Below, in pieces: positions 1-13,644 of a DNA stretch of 64,000 nt (its first letter is position 1; each line of letters opens with the position of its first letter). The stretch comes from Felis catus. Its lineage: Eukaryota. Under the pieces are notes generated by a model that was given only the letters and a program-made list of their open reading frames with translations, was not told the origin of the DNA and did no database searches. The DNA lies in assembly GCF_018350175.1 (NCBI RefSeq), contig NC_058373.1, positions 106,146,001 through 106,210,000 on the forward strand, in the 5' to 3' direction. Both the position numbers and the translations under genes were made by a program.

Positions 1-1101
1 TTCTGCTAAAACTCATAGCCACATTTATTTTGGAACAGCCAGGACCAGATGGATACTATAATTGCCTTGATTCCATAATTATTTGGGGATGGGCTCAAAT
101 CTCACATTCTCTCAGGCACTGGGGCCTTCTACTTCCTCTAAGAAAAAAAGTGAATGCTTTGCCAGCCCTGGATCCTCTGGCTGGTGTTAAAGTGAGTTTT
201 GGGGGGAATGACATTAACTTTTTCATGGGAATGATGGAATTGGCCGGCACCCTCTTTCTGCCTTCCAGTTTTGCTGGGGTCCTTACTGGGCCTGGGAAGG
301 GGAATCCAATGAAGCATGAGTTAAGGCAGCATGAGTGCTTCCCCGGGGCCCAGTCAGCCAGCAGGCCTCTGTTCTACCTTGATGCAAACACTCCTCCTAA
401 ACATTTACTTGTGCTTTCAAACCCAAATTCCAATGGGAACATAAAATATATCATTCCAAAAGAGATTACCCCCCCCCCCCAACTAATTCTTTCTACCACA
501 CACAGAGAGAAAGAAAACCACACGCAAGCCAATAGCATGGAACTTCTCCAGAGAGCCTCTGACCACCATGTTTGAAGCCCTCAAATATAGCCGTGGGGAT
601 CACAGTATTTGGGGAGGAACATGTGCAGAGTGAAGACACATGAATGTGTTTTGTTTTGGTTCTCTTTTCACCAGACCTATCCTTGACTTTTCACAGATTT
701 CCCAGCAGAAGAATCGGGATGGATGACAACATGGGAGAAAAAGGTTCCACTGTGGTCAGTTTGTGTTCTGCCAAAGAGCTGTTTGCATACACGTGGATAG
801 GCAGCAGTGAGCCCCAGTTGGCTCACACAGTGGGTGGGGAGGTCATGCTGCTCCCTGGGAGCTGGGATTGAGTGACCTCTGTCTTTCGATCCCCTGGGAG
901 GATGCGGCTCACGTTGGCTCATGTCCTGCCGCAGGCTGTCACCTCAGATGGCCTCACTGAGGCAAACTTGAGTTACTGGCTGGTTTGCATAGCCTGGCTG
1001 CATAATGTCCCCTCGTGTCTCCCCTCCAGGGAGGGGACTCTGTTGACTCTGGCACTGTCACCACTAGGCTATGAAAATTACTAGGAAAAGTGTAATAGAG
1101 A

Positions 1102-1140
1102 TTCCTTCCTTCCTTCCTTCCTTCCTTCCTTCCTTTCTTT

Positions 1141-1172
<32 letters not shown>

Positions 1173-1174
1173 TC
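1102..1174 (+). repeat. Compound (TTCC)n(TTTC)n microsatellite
   Basis: Directly visible. Confidence 0.95.
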
Positions 1175-2029
1175 AACATGATAACTTTTTTACCCTTGCT
1201 CAAAAAGTCCTTAATGAAAAGGCAAGAGGGCCCGATTATGGGAAAAAAAAAGCTAAAATCCTAGTGTCTCCAGGGGAATTTTCAATTTTCTTCCAGAGGA
1301 ATACAAGATGACAGTGTGACTCATGCTCCCTGGGAATGGTTTATTCTCTAATAATTAATCTACAAGCACAAAATCAGACTGTGTGTAAGCATTTTGCGTG
1401 TATTCGTGATCACTGTTAGACATTACAAGTATATTACATTTACATCTAAGATATTGCAGCCACATTACAAGAGCCTTTACTTCGTTTTACTCCTTCTTCC
1501 ACACTACAGCCCTCCTGCCTGACACGTAGAAGGACAGCTGACGCACTGGTCCTACGTGAAAGGAAACTGTGTTCCAGACTGTAGGTGAGAAATGTTTTAA
1601 CCATTTCTAAATTAGTAAGAGATACAATTTTCACTCTTAAAAGGGAGAGCTTGCAGTCGTTCACTGTAAAGAAACAATACAGTTAAAAAAGAACACACGC
1701 TGGCTTTTGAATGTATTTGTATATAAATATAGGTATTTGTTTCTAATTCTGAATTTAGTGTTTGTCTAGGACTTGGGGAAGTCATTTCCTGTCAAATAAC
1801 CTGTAAAACGGATCAGGTTGATTTCGCATTTCTTTTAAGCAAAGAAAACCTTTTTAAAATGAAATCTTGCTTAAAAGCCTGATACGTAAAATAGGCTTAA
1901 AAACAATGGAAGGGCTTTGGCAGAAGCAGAGGTTAGAGCTGTTGAGCCTAGCTCTCTTGGCTGTCCTGTCCACCTCAGAGTGACTCCAAGGACACTCAGG
2001 AGAGGGTAGTTGAAATAAACGAAAGGAGC

Positions 2030-3112
2030 ACATGGGAAGATGCTCACCATCATTAGGCCGTTAGGGAAACACAGATTAAAAGCACAACTGAGGCGCCTGG
2101 GTGGCGCAGTCGGTTAAGCGTCCGACTTCAGCCAGGTCACAATCTTGCGGTCCGTGAGTTCGAGCCCCGCATCAGGCTCTGGGCTGATGGCTTGGAGCCT
2201 GGAGCCTGTTTCCGATTCTGTGTCTCCCTCTCTCTCTGCCCCTCCCCCGTTCATGCTCTGTCTCTCTCTGTCCCAAAAATAAATAAAAAAACGTTGAAAA
2301 AAAAATTTAAAAGCACAACGAAGAGTCAGTGCATACCTATCAGAATCACTAAAATAAAAAAAAGAATGACAATACCGAATACTGGCAAAGATAAAACAAA
2401 ACCAGATCACTCATGCATTCCTGCTGGGAATATAAAAGGGTACAGCTCCTTTGGGAAGTAACTTGGCAGTTTTCTTAAAAAAAAAACTAAACATACGACT
2501 ACTATACAACCCCAAAATTGCACTCCTGGGCATTCATCCCAGAGAAATGGCAACTTATGTTCACACAAAAGCCTGCGCACAGATGTCCATGTGAGCTCTA
2601 TTTGTAATAGCGCCCAAATAGAAACAACCTAGACACCTTTCAACAGATGAACGGTTAACCCAACTGTGGTACATCCATGCTACAGAATACAACTCATCAG
2701 TAAAAAGGGACCAATTATTAATATATGCAACAACCTGGATCAATCTCCAGAAAATTATGCCATGTGGAGAAAGCCGATCCCAAAATGTCATACACTCTAT
2801 GATTCGATTGATACAACATTCTTCAAATGACAGAATTATAGAAATGGAGAACAGGTTAGTAGTTTCCAGAGGTTAAGAATGTGGGGGGTGGGGAGGAACG
2901 GATGTAGCTATAGAAGGACAACATGAAGGAATCTGACGGTGATGAATAGGTCCTGTATCTTGTCTGTAGCAGCATCAATATCCTGGTTGTAATATCGTAC
3001 TATCATTTTACAAGATGTTGCTATTGGAAAAAACTGGGTTAAAGGTACATGGGATCTATTATTTCTTACAACTGCATGGGAATCTACAGTTTCCTTAGAA
3101 TTAAACGTTTAA
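2030..3112 (+). mobile_element. Old L1 (L1M-type) 3' fragment, interrupted by a SINE
   Basis: Degenerate end-of-ORF2 and 3'UTR text (catacgact...cactcctgggcatt...cccagagaaatg...cacacaaaagcctg). Confidence 0.8.
2090..2306 (+). mobile_element. Felid CAN-SINE (SINEC_Fc-like), full length
   Basis: tRNA-like head, CT-rich tract, A tail; TSD TTAAAAGCACAAC. Confidence 0.95.
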
Positions 3113-3541
3113 GAGTAATTTTTTTAAACTACCGAAAAGGTTGATCTCTCTGAGTATTGTGTCTATGATTCTGAATAACCTCATACAGCGATGACTTGGA
3201 TGTCCCTTGCTGTGGTTTACCCTGTTCAGAACTGATGCAGATATCACTCTAGAGGGGGTCATGACGCCCTCTCAGGCAAATGTCAGGCTCCAGGTTAAGT
3301 TCAACTTTCCTCCTTTCCAACTGAGTCAAAAACACTTACTTGAGTAGGTATCCTGAATCAACACAGGATTCAGTGTTAAAAATGAACCATTTGTGCTTAA
3401 AGTCCGTATCTTCTCTTAACTGCATAAATATTTAGGTGTGAAGGCAGTGAAAGTAAATGAGATAAATACTATCAACAAGAGATGGTTGGTTGGTTGGTTG
3501 GTGGCAGGTACCTAGCTAACTCCAAAACACGTATTATATAG

Positions 3542-4015
3542 TGTGGTAGGCTGAATCATGGTCCCCCCTGATAGGTTCCTGTCCTCTCCAGAACCTGTGA
3601 GTATGTTATCTTACATGGCAAAGGGACTTTGCAGATATGATTAACATAAAGGCTTTTGAGGTGAGGAGGCAACCCTGGATTATCCAGGTAGGCCCAATGT
3701 AATCAGAAGAGTCTTTACAAAAGGGAGGAAAGAGGCCAGAGAGAAGGCAATGTGATGATGGAGGCAGAGGCTGGAATGATGTGGCCCTGAACCAAAGAAT
3801 GCTAGAAGCCCGTAAAAAAAAAAGCTAGAAGAGGCAAAGGATAGATTCTTTTCTGGAGCCTCCATAAGGAATCATCTTGCTGGAACCTTGATTTTAGCCT
3901 TCTAAGACTCATTTTAGACTTCTGACCTCCAAACGATGAGAAAAGAATAAATGTGTGTTGTATTAAGGCACCAAATTTGTGGTAATTTGTTACAACAGGA
4001 ACAGGAATTTAGTAC
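3542..4015 (+). mobile_element. MaLR solo LTR (MLT1-type)
   Basis: Starts TGTGGTAGGCTGAAT; contains gggactttgcagat..attaa; ends AATAAATGTGTGTTG...ggtaatttgttaca..gtaCA. Confidence 0.8.
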
Positions 4016-4054
4016 ATATACCATAAATCCACTAAATTAAGAGAGGAGAAAATA

Positions 4055-4168
4055 GGGGTGCCTGGCTGGCTCATTCAGTGGAGTATGCAACTCTTGATCT
4101 CAGAGTTGTGAGTTTGAGCCCCATGTTGGGTGTAGAGATCACTTAAAAATTAAAATGTTAAAAAAAAA
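4055..4168 (+). mobile_element. Short old CAN-SINE
   Basis: ggggtgcctggctggctca head plus A tail; gaggagaaaa flanking repeat. Confidence 0.85.
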
Positions 4169-4480
4169 GAGGAGAAAACAAAGAGAAATAAGATAAAGCA
4201 AGAACTTATTCTCTATTTCATTTTATTGAAATATTTGTAGGCAAGATTTACTTTTTGTAAATTGCATATAGACTGTATATTTGAAAACTTAAAAAAGGAC
4301 CTCAGTCAACTCCCTTAGCAAGTAGTTGGACCATCTCTAATAATAAACTTTTTTGAACTCTGCTAGTGAACAAGCCCATAGTAGGAATTCTTTAATTATT
4401 TTAAGAATTTTATTCAGCATTTCTATCATTTGTCTTGACCTCAGTAAGAGTTGAACTCAATATTCTCCCTTTTTTTTTCT

Positions 4481-4511
<31 letters not shown>

Positions 4512-4705
4512 GTATTTCCATTTTGGAAAACCAGGAGTCAAGTAAGTCACAGTAAAATTATTTAGAACTGTCCATGCAATTCTCTATTCTTCCCCTGTTT
4601 CATATTTTGGAGGCAGCTTTACATTCTCTAGCATCACTCCCATTGTGATTAAATCATCACCATTCATTTATTCTTTCAATGGGCTAATTACTGACATATG
4701 TCATT

Positions 4706-4868
4706 GTGTGTGTATGAATGTATATAGATGTATATATGTGTGTATGTGCATGCGTATACATACACATACACACACATATATACATATATATACACATGCG
4801 CACACACTGATATATATATATATAAGCATACACATATATACAAGTATATATGTATTCCATATATACAT
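4706..4868 (+). repeat. Degenerate (TG/TA/CA)n low-complexity tract
   Basis: Alternating purine-pyrimidine run. Confidence 0.9.
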
Positions 4869-5453
4869 GGAATTATTCCCTTTATTTATAGTAGATATTT
4901 TAGGATGGTGAAGATTCTGTTTTTCAAAAAAGTGAATCTCAGAACGTGATATCATGCCCTAGAGAGATCTTTTAGGACATTACTGTACAGTGGTTTGAGA
5001 GCATTTAGAAAAGACTGTAATCCTCAGGAGTCAGCAAAATATTTTTCTGGTGGTTTCAGGCATGACTAATCCAGACGGAGTAGGCATTCATGTAATATAG
5101 GAGCTTCTGAAAAGTGCTGATGTCCCAATATACTCCATATTCCACAGGCTTCACCTGGTACGAGACTCTTGTTTTCCAGAGTACCTATTGATACGTGAAT
5201 GATCTGATTAGAAATAACGTTCTTGCCAAGCTTCTATAAGTGTGGCTTGAAAATTAATCACAAAATACTCTATGAATCTGCCACACTGGTTTATAAACCA
5301 CAGCGTACCAAGAGTAGCCTTAAAGGATCCTTCTATAGCATCTACTTAAATACTCCTAGAGAATGGGACCCTACTCCCTCCCTCTTCAACCTATTTATCA
5401 GACATTTCGTTTACATAGAGCTAAATTCTGCCTCTATTTAAAATCAACTCTTT

Positions 5454-5669
5454 GGGGGCGCCTGGGTGGCGCAGTCGGTTAAGCGTCCGACTTCAGCCAG
5501 GTCACGATCTCGCGGTCCGTGAGTTCGAGCCCCGCGTCAGGCTCTGGGCTGATGGCTCGGAGCCTGGAGCCTGTTTCCGATTCTGTGTCTCCCTCTCTCT
5601 CTGCCCCTCCCCCGTTCATGCTCTGTCTCTCTCTGTCCCAAAAATAAATAAAAACATTGAAAAAAAAAT
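5454..5669 (+). mobile_element. Young felid CAN-SINE
   Basis: CpGs intact; TSD TTAAAATCAACTCTTT. Confidence 0.96.
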
Positions 5670-5819
5670 TTAAAATCAACTCTTTGCTCATCTGTAAATA
5701 ACAAAGAAAACTCTTTCTATTCTAAGACTTAAAGATAGCTATCAGGCCCTCCCGCCTAAATCTTCATTTTCCACAAATATCCTTTTTTTTTTTTATTCAC
5801 TATTCTTCACGGGAGAGTT

Positions 5820-6602
5820 ACTAGGGAAATGCAAATCAAAACTACCATAAGATACAACTTTATGCCTATTAGAGAGGCTAATATTAAAAACAAACCAATA
5901 ATCCATAACAAGTGTTAATGAGAATGTGAAGAGCCCTCATACATTGCTGGTAGAAACATAAAATGGTGCAGCCCACCCTGGAAAAGTTTGGCAGTTCTTC
6001 CAACTGGTAAACATAGACTTACATTGAACCTGACATTTCACTACAAGATATATACCCATGAGAAATGAAAACATACGTCCACACAAAACTTATACATAAT
6101 GTCCATAGCAGCAATCATTATAGCTAAAAAAAAAACCCCACAATATTCATTAACTGATGAATGAATAAACAAAATATAGTATATCTCTACGATGGAATAC
6201 TATTCAGCAATACAAAGACTAAAACAATAAAAAGAACGAAATACAGACCCCTCTTACCATATGGATGAACTTTGAAAACAGGGTTCATTAATATGCTAAG
6301 GGAAAGGAGCCAGTCACAAAAAAAACATATATTGTATGATTCCATTTATACAGAATGTCCACAGCAAGCCAATCCATAGAGACAGAGAGTAGGTTAGAGG
6401 TTGCCGGGGGATGGGAGGAGAGGGGACTGGGAAACCTGACGAATATGGGGATTCTTTTCCAGGTGATGAACCAGTTCTACAGTCATATGTGGTAATGGTT
6501 GTGCAAGTCTGTGAATATACGGGATCCGGCTGAATTGCATACTTTAAAGGGTGAATCATATGAATGTGAATGATATCTCAACTAAGCTGTTATGAAAAAC
6601 AA
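5820..6602 (+). mobile_element. Old L1 (L1MB-like) 3' fragment
   Basis: agggaaatgcaaatcaaaactacc ... tatgattccatttata ... tatctcaactaagctgtt. Confidence 0.8.
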
Positions 6603-6673
6603 AGATTCTGAACAGCGTTTTCAGTTCTACCTGATCATTCACTATCTCTGAGGCTTCACTGACATCCATAGAG

Positions 6674-6902
6674 TTTTTTTTTTTTTTAATTTTTTTTTTC
6701 AACGTTTATTTATTTTTGGGACAGAGAGAGACAGAGCATGAACGGGGGAGGGGCAGAGAGAGAGCGAGACACAGAATCGGAAACAGGCTCCAGGCTCCGA
6801 GCCATCAGCCCAGAGCCTGATGCGGGGCTCGAACTCACGGACAGCGAGATCGTGACCTGGCTGAAGTCGGACGCTTAACCGACTGCGCCACCCAGGCGCC
6901 CC
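6674..6902 (-). mobile_element. Young felid CAN-SINE
   Basis: TSD GACATCCATAGAGTTTT. Confidence 0.96.
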
Positions 6903-7399
6903 GACATCCATAGAGTTTTGAAGTGAACTTCTCAAGATGTCTAATGTAGACTCTCCCATTTAGAAAAATAAAATTTCAACATAGTAATTTTTAGTAAATC
7001 CTGAAGTTTGTCATGTTAGACAAATGAAACCAAACTATTGACAGCATGAAGTTCAAAAGTAATAAACTGTAGGCTTAAAAATGTGTGTCATGACTGCAAA
7101 GCTTAATTGAAATTTTTTTTTGATAAATTAAAAACATGACAAAGTAAAAGCATATCATCATTGGTGTTTATTTAATGAAACTCCGATGTTATGAAAAGAA
7201 CTAAAGCTGTTTGATTTGGCTGAACATATATTAATTACTTAAAAATATAGCATAGTCTGTAAAATAAAGATGTTTAGAATGCCTGTCCAGTGATTTAGAA
7301 TTACCAAATAATATTCTGTTGCTCAATCTTTATATTTGTTTTGCTGAAGTCTGCTAAATTAGTTAACATAAACTCAAACATACCATATTTCTAGCATAC

Positions 7400-7860
7400 T
7401 TTTTTTAAAAGTTAATTTATTTATTGGGGCGGTTGGAGAGCGAGCATGCGTGCACATATGGGGGAGGAGCAGAGAGAGAAGAGAGAGAGAATCCTAAACA
7501 GGCTGTGCACTGCCAGCACGGAGCCCAAGGCGGGGCTCGATCTTATGAATTGTGAGATCATGACCAGAGCGGAAGTCAAGAGCCACGTAACTGGCTAAGC
7601 CACCCAAGTGCTGTTTTGGCATACTTTTGATAAAATATGTCACAAACACGTTCTTTTCTTTGCTCTTTTCTTTTTTTTTAATGTTTATTTCTTTTTGAGA
7701 GAGCGTGAGCGGAGAGGAGCAGAGAGGGAGACACAGAATTGGAACCAGGCTCCAGGCTCTGAGCTGTCAGCACAGAGCCTGATGTGGGGCTTGAACTCAC
7801 TGGCTCTGAGGTCATGACCTGAGCTGAAGTTGGACGCTTAACCCACTGAGCCACCCAGGC
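7400..7860 (-). mobile_element. Two older CAN-SINEs in tandem (about 7400-7610 and 7670-7860)
   Basis: Reverse-complement SINE bodies ending in gccaccca(gg). Confidence 0.88.
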
Positions 7861-7924
7861 TCAGTCCCACAAACATATACTTTTCTACCGATGTTTAAAA
7901 TAGTTAATAGGAAGTTCTCTTGCA

Positions 7925-9060
7925 TTGTTTTTTCCCAGGAAAAAGATACAGTAACAGGAAGTTGCACACAGGAAGTTTATTGTAGCGTGGTCTGGGGAAT
8001 AAAAATCGTAGGGAGTTAAGGGAGCAGAATTGGACAGGAGAAGTTGAACTGTGATGAAGTTGCAGGAAAGGCTTCAGTAGATCCCACAGAAGCTCGGGAG
8101 CTGGGATGGTCCTCAGAGTTGTCCCAAGTTAAGGTAAGAGGACTGGATGTTTGCACACCCACATCAACCAGTCACTGGGTCTGGGCTGCCTCCGGGGGTA
8201 GGTATAACCTTAGGTGAAGCAGTTCCTTTCCTCCGAGGGCAGGCCTTGGGGGAGGGATTAGCGATGAGCCATCAACAGGTAACACTTGTGCAAGCTGGGG
8301 AGCTGAGAGCCTTACTCCAGAAGGGAGTATCCAGGCAAAATACGACAGTTCACCCCTTGCATTGCTTGGATTCTCTTGTTTTATATAAACCATTCATTCC
8401 ACCCGAGTACAGCTTCTTCAGCGTTCTGCTTGGTTTCTTTCCCTCGGGAAACTCGGAAAAGTTAGCAGGATGCAGTATGATCCTCGCTACTGCACTTATC
8501 TCGGGCCTGCACCTTCCTTCCTCAGCATCTCCCTTCGCTGTTACCCAGCCTAAATCCTCCTCATCCTTGGCTAGAACCTCCGCTAGTCTAGTTGGCTTAC
8601 CTGCTCGGGTGACCCAGGCCCTCATTACTGTGCGATCCAAACCCCTGCTCACCATGCCCTTACCAAGTTCTGCACTTGTTCTCTAACTGTCACATTAGGC
8701 AGGAGAGTACTAAAAAATGCCCAGTTGGGGCGCCTGGGTGGCTCAGTCGGTTAGGCGTCCGACTTCAGCTCAGGTCACGATCTTGCGGTCCGCGAGTTCG
8801 AGCCCCGCGTGGGGCTCTGGGCTGATGGCTCGGAGCCTGGAGCCTGCTTCCGATTCTGTGTCTCCCTCTCTCTCTGCCCCTCCCCCATTCATGCCGTGTC
8901 TCTCTCTGTCTCAAAAATAAATAAACGTTAAAAAAAAATTTTTTTTAAATGCCCAGTAGATCGCATAGGACCAACCTATCCTTTCTTTTTCCCTGTTGTG
9001 CCTCCTGCAGCACCTGTGGCTGTTTGCACCACAGTCCAAAGCATGGCTACGTTCTCCCAT
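7925..9060 (-). mobile_element. ERVL-class LTR (about 7925-8350) plus adjacent internal remnant, interrupted by a SINE
   Basis: Resembles recalled LTR16/LTR40-type text (gaagttgaactgtgatg...ggagctgggatgg...agagttgtccc), followed by gttcaccccttgc; family not verified. Confidence 0.55.
8727..8940 (+). mobile_element. Felid CAN-SINE
   Basis: TSD AAATGCCCAGT. Confidence 0.93.
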
Positions 9061-10367
9061 CTGGGGCGCTTGGAGTCTCCACCCTTTGACCTCTTTCTCT
9101 ATGCGTCTCATGGTAAGATTATTGATATTTCAATGTATACTAAGCAAACATCTATCTTCCAATTGCATCGTCTATACTTTTTCAACATGGTGTCGACAAC
9201 CAACATGCCAGCACGTCAGTTTAGAAATGTTCGGAAGGTCTCCGAAAGTGGAGAATCTGTTCAGGAGGAATGTACCCTCCTCTTTCCCATGTTAGCTATG
9301 TTATTTGAGGATGACGTTGGTCATATTAACTCTTCCAAAGGAGTCACCTAGTTTCTAATGGGCTGGGGGCAGGGGGCATCTCATCGCATGCTAACTACCT
9401 ACTAGTTTCCCCATAATTAAGGTGGATATTTATTCAGACAAGATGCATCAAAAAAAGAACAGGTATACAGACAGCATCTGGGTCCATGCTATTCTGGTTT
9501 TTAAATATTTTGCCTAACACACCTGCAGTTTGATCATTCAAAGGTAAAATGTAGATACATAAAGTTGATTAGTCTTTTTGGCAGCAAAGGCAAAGAGCCA
9601 GTCTGGAATCTATTTAGAACTTATTTGACAGCACTGACCTCAAGTTCACCTCTGTTATCGACTTAAATGCTTTGGTACACAAGAGTGCTTGATTTTTAGT
9701 TTTTATTTTTTTGATAGCCTGTCAGGTTATCCGCTTCGTGTTAAATCCAACATTCTACGTTTAATTTCAAATTATATATATCCTGCCTCTATCTCAATTA
9801 TTGATATTTTTAAAATCCACTCTTTACTCTGACTTTTCTCCTCTATACATTTCTCAAGAAAATTTTGCAAATAGGCTGATAAAGTAGACTACATGGGAAG
9901 GAACAAATATATTTTTATCTGCGCCTTTAAAATATGCAGACGTGTACTAATATAAAAACATTACCCCGATTAAGAAAGCAAAGGGAAAAATAAAGTTAAA
10001 TTGGAGAATATTTTTATGAAGCGATGTTACATTTTAATGGTCCGGAGTAGCTCATTTCTATTTACTTGGGTTTATGAATAAACTTACAGAGGATGAGAGG
10101 AATAGTGTAAAAAGAGAATGAACTAAGGATTTAGCAGCAACCTAATTTACTTTAATACATTTTGTGCTTCCCTCAACCTGCATGCTCCACAAGACAAAAC
10201 AGCTGTTTCCCTGCTTTCCATTAGGGTCTGAGAGCCTAGCACATGGCAGACGCTCAAAAAATATACGTCAAGCTAATAAATGCACAAAGTTTTTATTGTT
10301 CGTCGGACACTCCATAATTGCAGCCAACTTCTCTCCTTCCCTCTTTTTATCTTTTAAAGATATTCAT

Positions 10368-10596
10368 TTTTAACAAAAAATGTTTATTTTGAGAGAGAAA
10401 GTGTGTGTGTGTGTGTGTGTGTGTGTACGCAAGCGGGGGGGGGGGGCAGAGAGAGAAGGAGAGAGAGAATCCCAACCAGGCTTCAAACTGTCCGTGTGGA
10501 GCCCAACTTGGGGCTCCATCCCATGAACTGTGAGATCGTGACCTGAGCCGAAATCAAGAGCCGGACGCCCAATCAACTGAGCTGCCCAGGCGCCCC
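10368..10596 (-). mobile_element. CAN-SINE containing a (GT)n microsatellite
   Basis: SINE body; (GT)13 at 10401-10426; flanking repeat taaagat(a/g)ttc. Confidence 0.9.
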
Positions 10597-12256
10597 TAAA
10601 GATGTTCTTTATCCCCTCCACCTCCTTATCAGTCGCCTTTCCTGCCTTTCCTCTCTCTAGGAAGGGATTTCTTCCCCTCCCCTCCCTTCTCCTTTCAAAG
10701 TAGGTCACGGGAAGAAACCTAGGAGACAGTCATTAGAGAATGTTCAATAGCAATGAGAGAACAGAAAGTTTACACGGGATCACATTTTCTATTCCTCCTC
10801 TACCTTTTTCTCATTTTTATCAAATTCAGAGAAACCTGAATTTACATCATTTTATTTAATGTTTAAAGGGGACGCCGTTCTGTAGTGTGGGTGCCTCCCA
10901 TAATTAAGACAGGGAACCCACAACCGAAAAGCATTCCTGTCCAGACCTTGCCTTGTTGCACATGATTTCTAAAAGAATCTGACCAGTTCCATTTCCCAGA
11001 GACAGCCTTTGTGGGACAGTCTGTCTGCATTAGCCTTAGCGTAAGACCGTAAGACTAACTTGCCGTTTCCAAAGACAAAACTGGGAGAATCTCCTCTTTC
11101 CTCTAAAGAGGTGGGTCTGTATATAAGTCAAGAGCAGTCAAAGCCAGCTTTCATGCCGTCTCCTGTCCTTTCTATGGGGAGGATAGGAGAGGCTCCTAGC
11201 CTTGCCAGTTTTCACCACTGCATGCATCGTGGGTGGTGTAATGGCAGAGGGAAGGGAGAGGAGTTGTTAAGGCAGCCTGAACATCCCCAAGGAAACCGGG
11301 TTCCTCCACGTGCACAGGGGGCATCTGTGAGTCACAGTGAGTACCTCACCAGCTGGCTGAGGCTGACCTGAGAAAGGCCACTAGGTCTACTCTCTTAGTA
11401 GGGCTGGCTAGGTATGGTCGTGACCTTTAGGAAGCGTGACCAGACTTTCAGAAGCCGGTGGCATAGGTACCCAGTAATCATTAAAAGGTTATCACAGGAA
11501 GCATAATATTGATGCTTAAATTCAACTGACTAGAAAAACAGAGACCCATCTGGCCGCAAACAGGCTGATGAAGGCGAGGGAGGCTGCTAATGTGGATAAA
11601 TCACTCTTTTTGTAAGCTCCCAGTTAAGATTGCCCTTGTTGGGTCTCTTCTCATTTCCTCTTGACTTCCAGACTCACAAACCTTCACCCCTACTCACCTC
11701 TCTCCCACCCACCCCGGCTCTGGGCTCCAATACCAGTAACTCCAATACCCGCTGTGATTCTGCTAGAAATAAATGAAATAACATAAGCCAATGATCTAAT
11801 GAGGCGCTCAAATGCTAGCTACATCCAAAATCCCACTCTCTAAAGAAGCCTAAAATCTTCGAAGACTAAAACTCCTAAATCACAAACCTACTTCCATTTT
11901 CCACGTAAAGAAATTTGCCTCATTTCTCAGTTTCCCTGACGTATTTTATTCATACATTATATGTTATAAAATGAATGATTAAAACAGAAGGTTAATTGAA
12001 CATCTACAGCACTGATCATGTTCTAAATTTTTTTTTCAGAGAATTAAGGAGACAAAAGAAAAAGTTTTAACATCATACAGTGTTATATCATGTATCTAGT
12101 TTTAACGTCGTACATGGAAAAAATCTTAATTGTATAAATTATTTGTTATGTAACTAGTCAAATTTATAGCCATTTATAAATGTTATTACCAATATTTTAA
12201 GATAATACATCATCCAACAAGAAGTAGTCACTACTTTAATTTTAAAGAGTGATATT

Positions 12257-12442
12257 TGGGGTGCCTGGGTGGCTCAGTCGATTGAGCGTCCGCCTCTTGA
12301 TTTTGGCTCTGTTCATGGTCTCATGGTTGTGGAATCGAGCCCTGTGTCAGGCTCAGTATAGAGCCTGCCTCGGATTGTCTCTCCCCCCTCTCATGCTCGC
12401 CCCGTTCTCTCTCACTCAAAAGAAATAAATAAACTTAAAAAC
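12257..12442 (+). mobile_element. CAN-SINE
   Basis: SINE head and tail; flanking repeat AGTGATATT. Confidence 0.9.
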
Positions 12443-13644
12443 AAGTGATATTAAAACAATGCCATGGCCATATGTGTTATTGATGGGGCAAAGAGCTACG
12501 AAGCTGGTGATAATGATGAGTTTGCTTTATAAAGAGAAATAATTTTAGCCAAAGATTTTCTTATTTGACTTGGAAAGCCCAAGTTGAATCTCTATGACAA
12601 TTCTTGGATCAAAGTAATAACAAGCGTAAGAAATTTCTTTTAAATTCCTTTTTATTACAATTACCAATCTCCATCTTTTCTCTCTCTGTCTTGTTCTGTA
12701 TACTCGGCTTGAATTGTGGACTTAACATGTGATACGTTTACCCTAGCTTTGCCTAGCACTAAGATGATACATTACCTTTTTATATGAGAATGAGAACCAA
12801 ACTGTAATCAATGGGAATGTTAAAGCATGTAAAGACGAAAGGAATTTAATGCACCATGATGGGCTGCTGCTTTTGAATTGGTGGATGCTTTTCCCTCTTT
12901 GAAAACTGTTGTACTTGATAATGGAGCCTCCTTGTGGGGAATTCGTAGTATTTCAGGCCTCCCAAACACAGGTGAAATGCTGTTTAACACCCCCTCCCAG
13001 CTTCACAGTGGGAGCGTGGAGTCCTGCTCTCAAGAAATTATGTACTTGCCTTGGGCCCCTGGCATCCAGAAATCCACAGGAGCTCAACGACCACCAAGGA
13101 GGGGTGAAGTCTGCTGTCTCTCCTTTAGTTTGTCTCTAGCCCCCTGCAGCTACAGGTAAAGCAGGGTTAAGAATGTTTTCAGTCACACTCATTGTTAGGG
13201 TCTTTGAGAGAGAACACGTGGACAAATTGTTTCCTTTCAAAAACTGGCCCGTGTAGTGGGACCCTTGAGAACGTACTAGGCAGATGTCTCTCTTGGCCAA
13301 AGGTCTAGCATCCATTTATGTTCTTGTGTCACTAGTAGTTCTTTTGTATTGCAGAACCCACAAAACGAGGTAGGTGGATGCTTATACCTCAGTGTAGGAT
13401 CACAGGGATCACAGTGGCTGCAAATGCAGACAGGCAAACGTTTTCTTCCCATTCCATGACCTCCAGAGCGGGGGCAAAGTGTGATGCAGCCCTCTAAAGT
13501 GGTGAATATTGCTTCATAAAAACCCAAACCAGAACAAATGTAATAAATTTTCTATTTATAAAACCCTTGCATTTTAAGAAACTTTTCAGTATATTGAAGT
13601 ATATTCAGTATATTCAGTATATTGTATACTGAAACCATTTTACT

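Noticed and set aside
30..575. 181-aa ORF at the window start
   Set aside because: TTG start, no recognisable homology, includes a C homopolymer; probably chance.
2090..2170. tRNA-like A/B-box sequences
   Set aside because: These are SINE heads followed by CT tracts, A tails and TSDs, not tRNA genes.
4645..4955. His/Thr/Tyr/Ile/Cys/Val-rich ORFs
   Set aside because: Translations of a dinucleotide repeat.
5452..5691. Recurrent ORFs such as GAPGWRSRLSVRLQPG... and ...WDRERQSMNGGGAERE...
   Set aside because: Translations of CAN-SINE copies; they recur wherever the SINE does.
8147..8686. 179-aa ORF
   Set aside because: Lies within the degenerate LTR/ERV remnant, and no gag/pol motif is recognisable.
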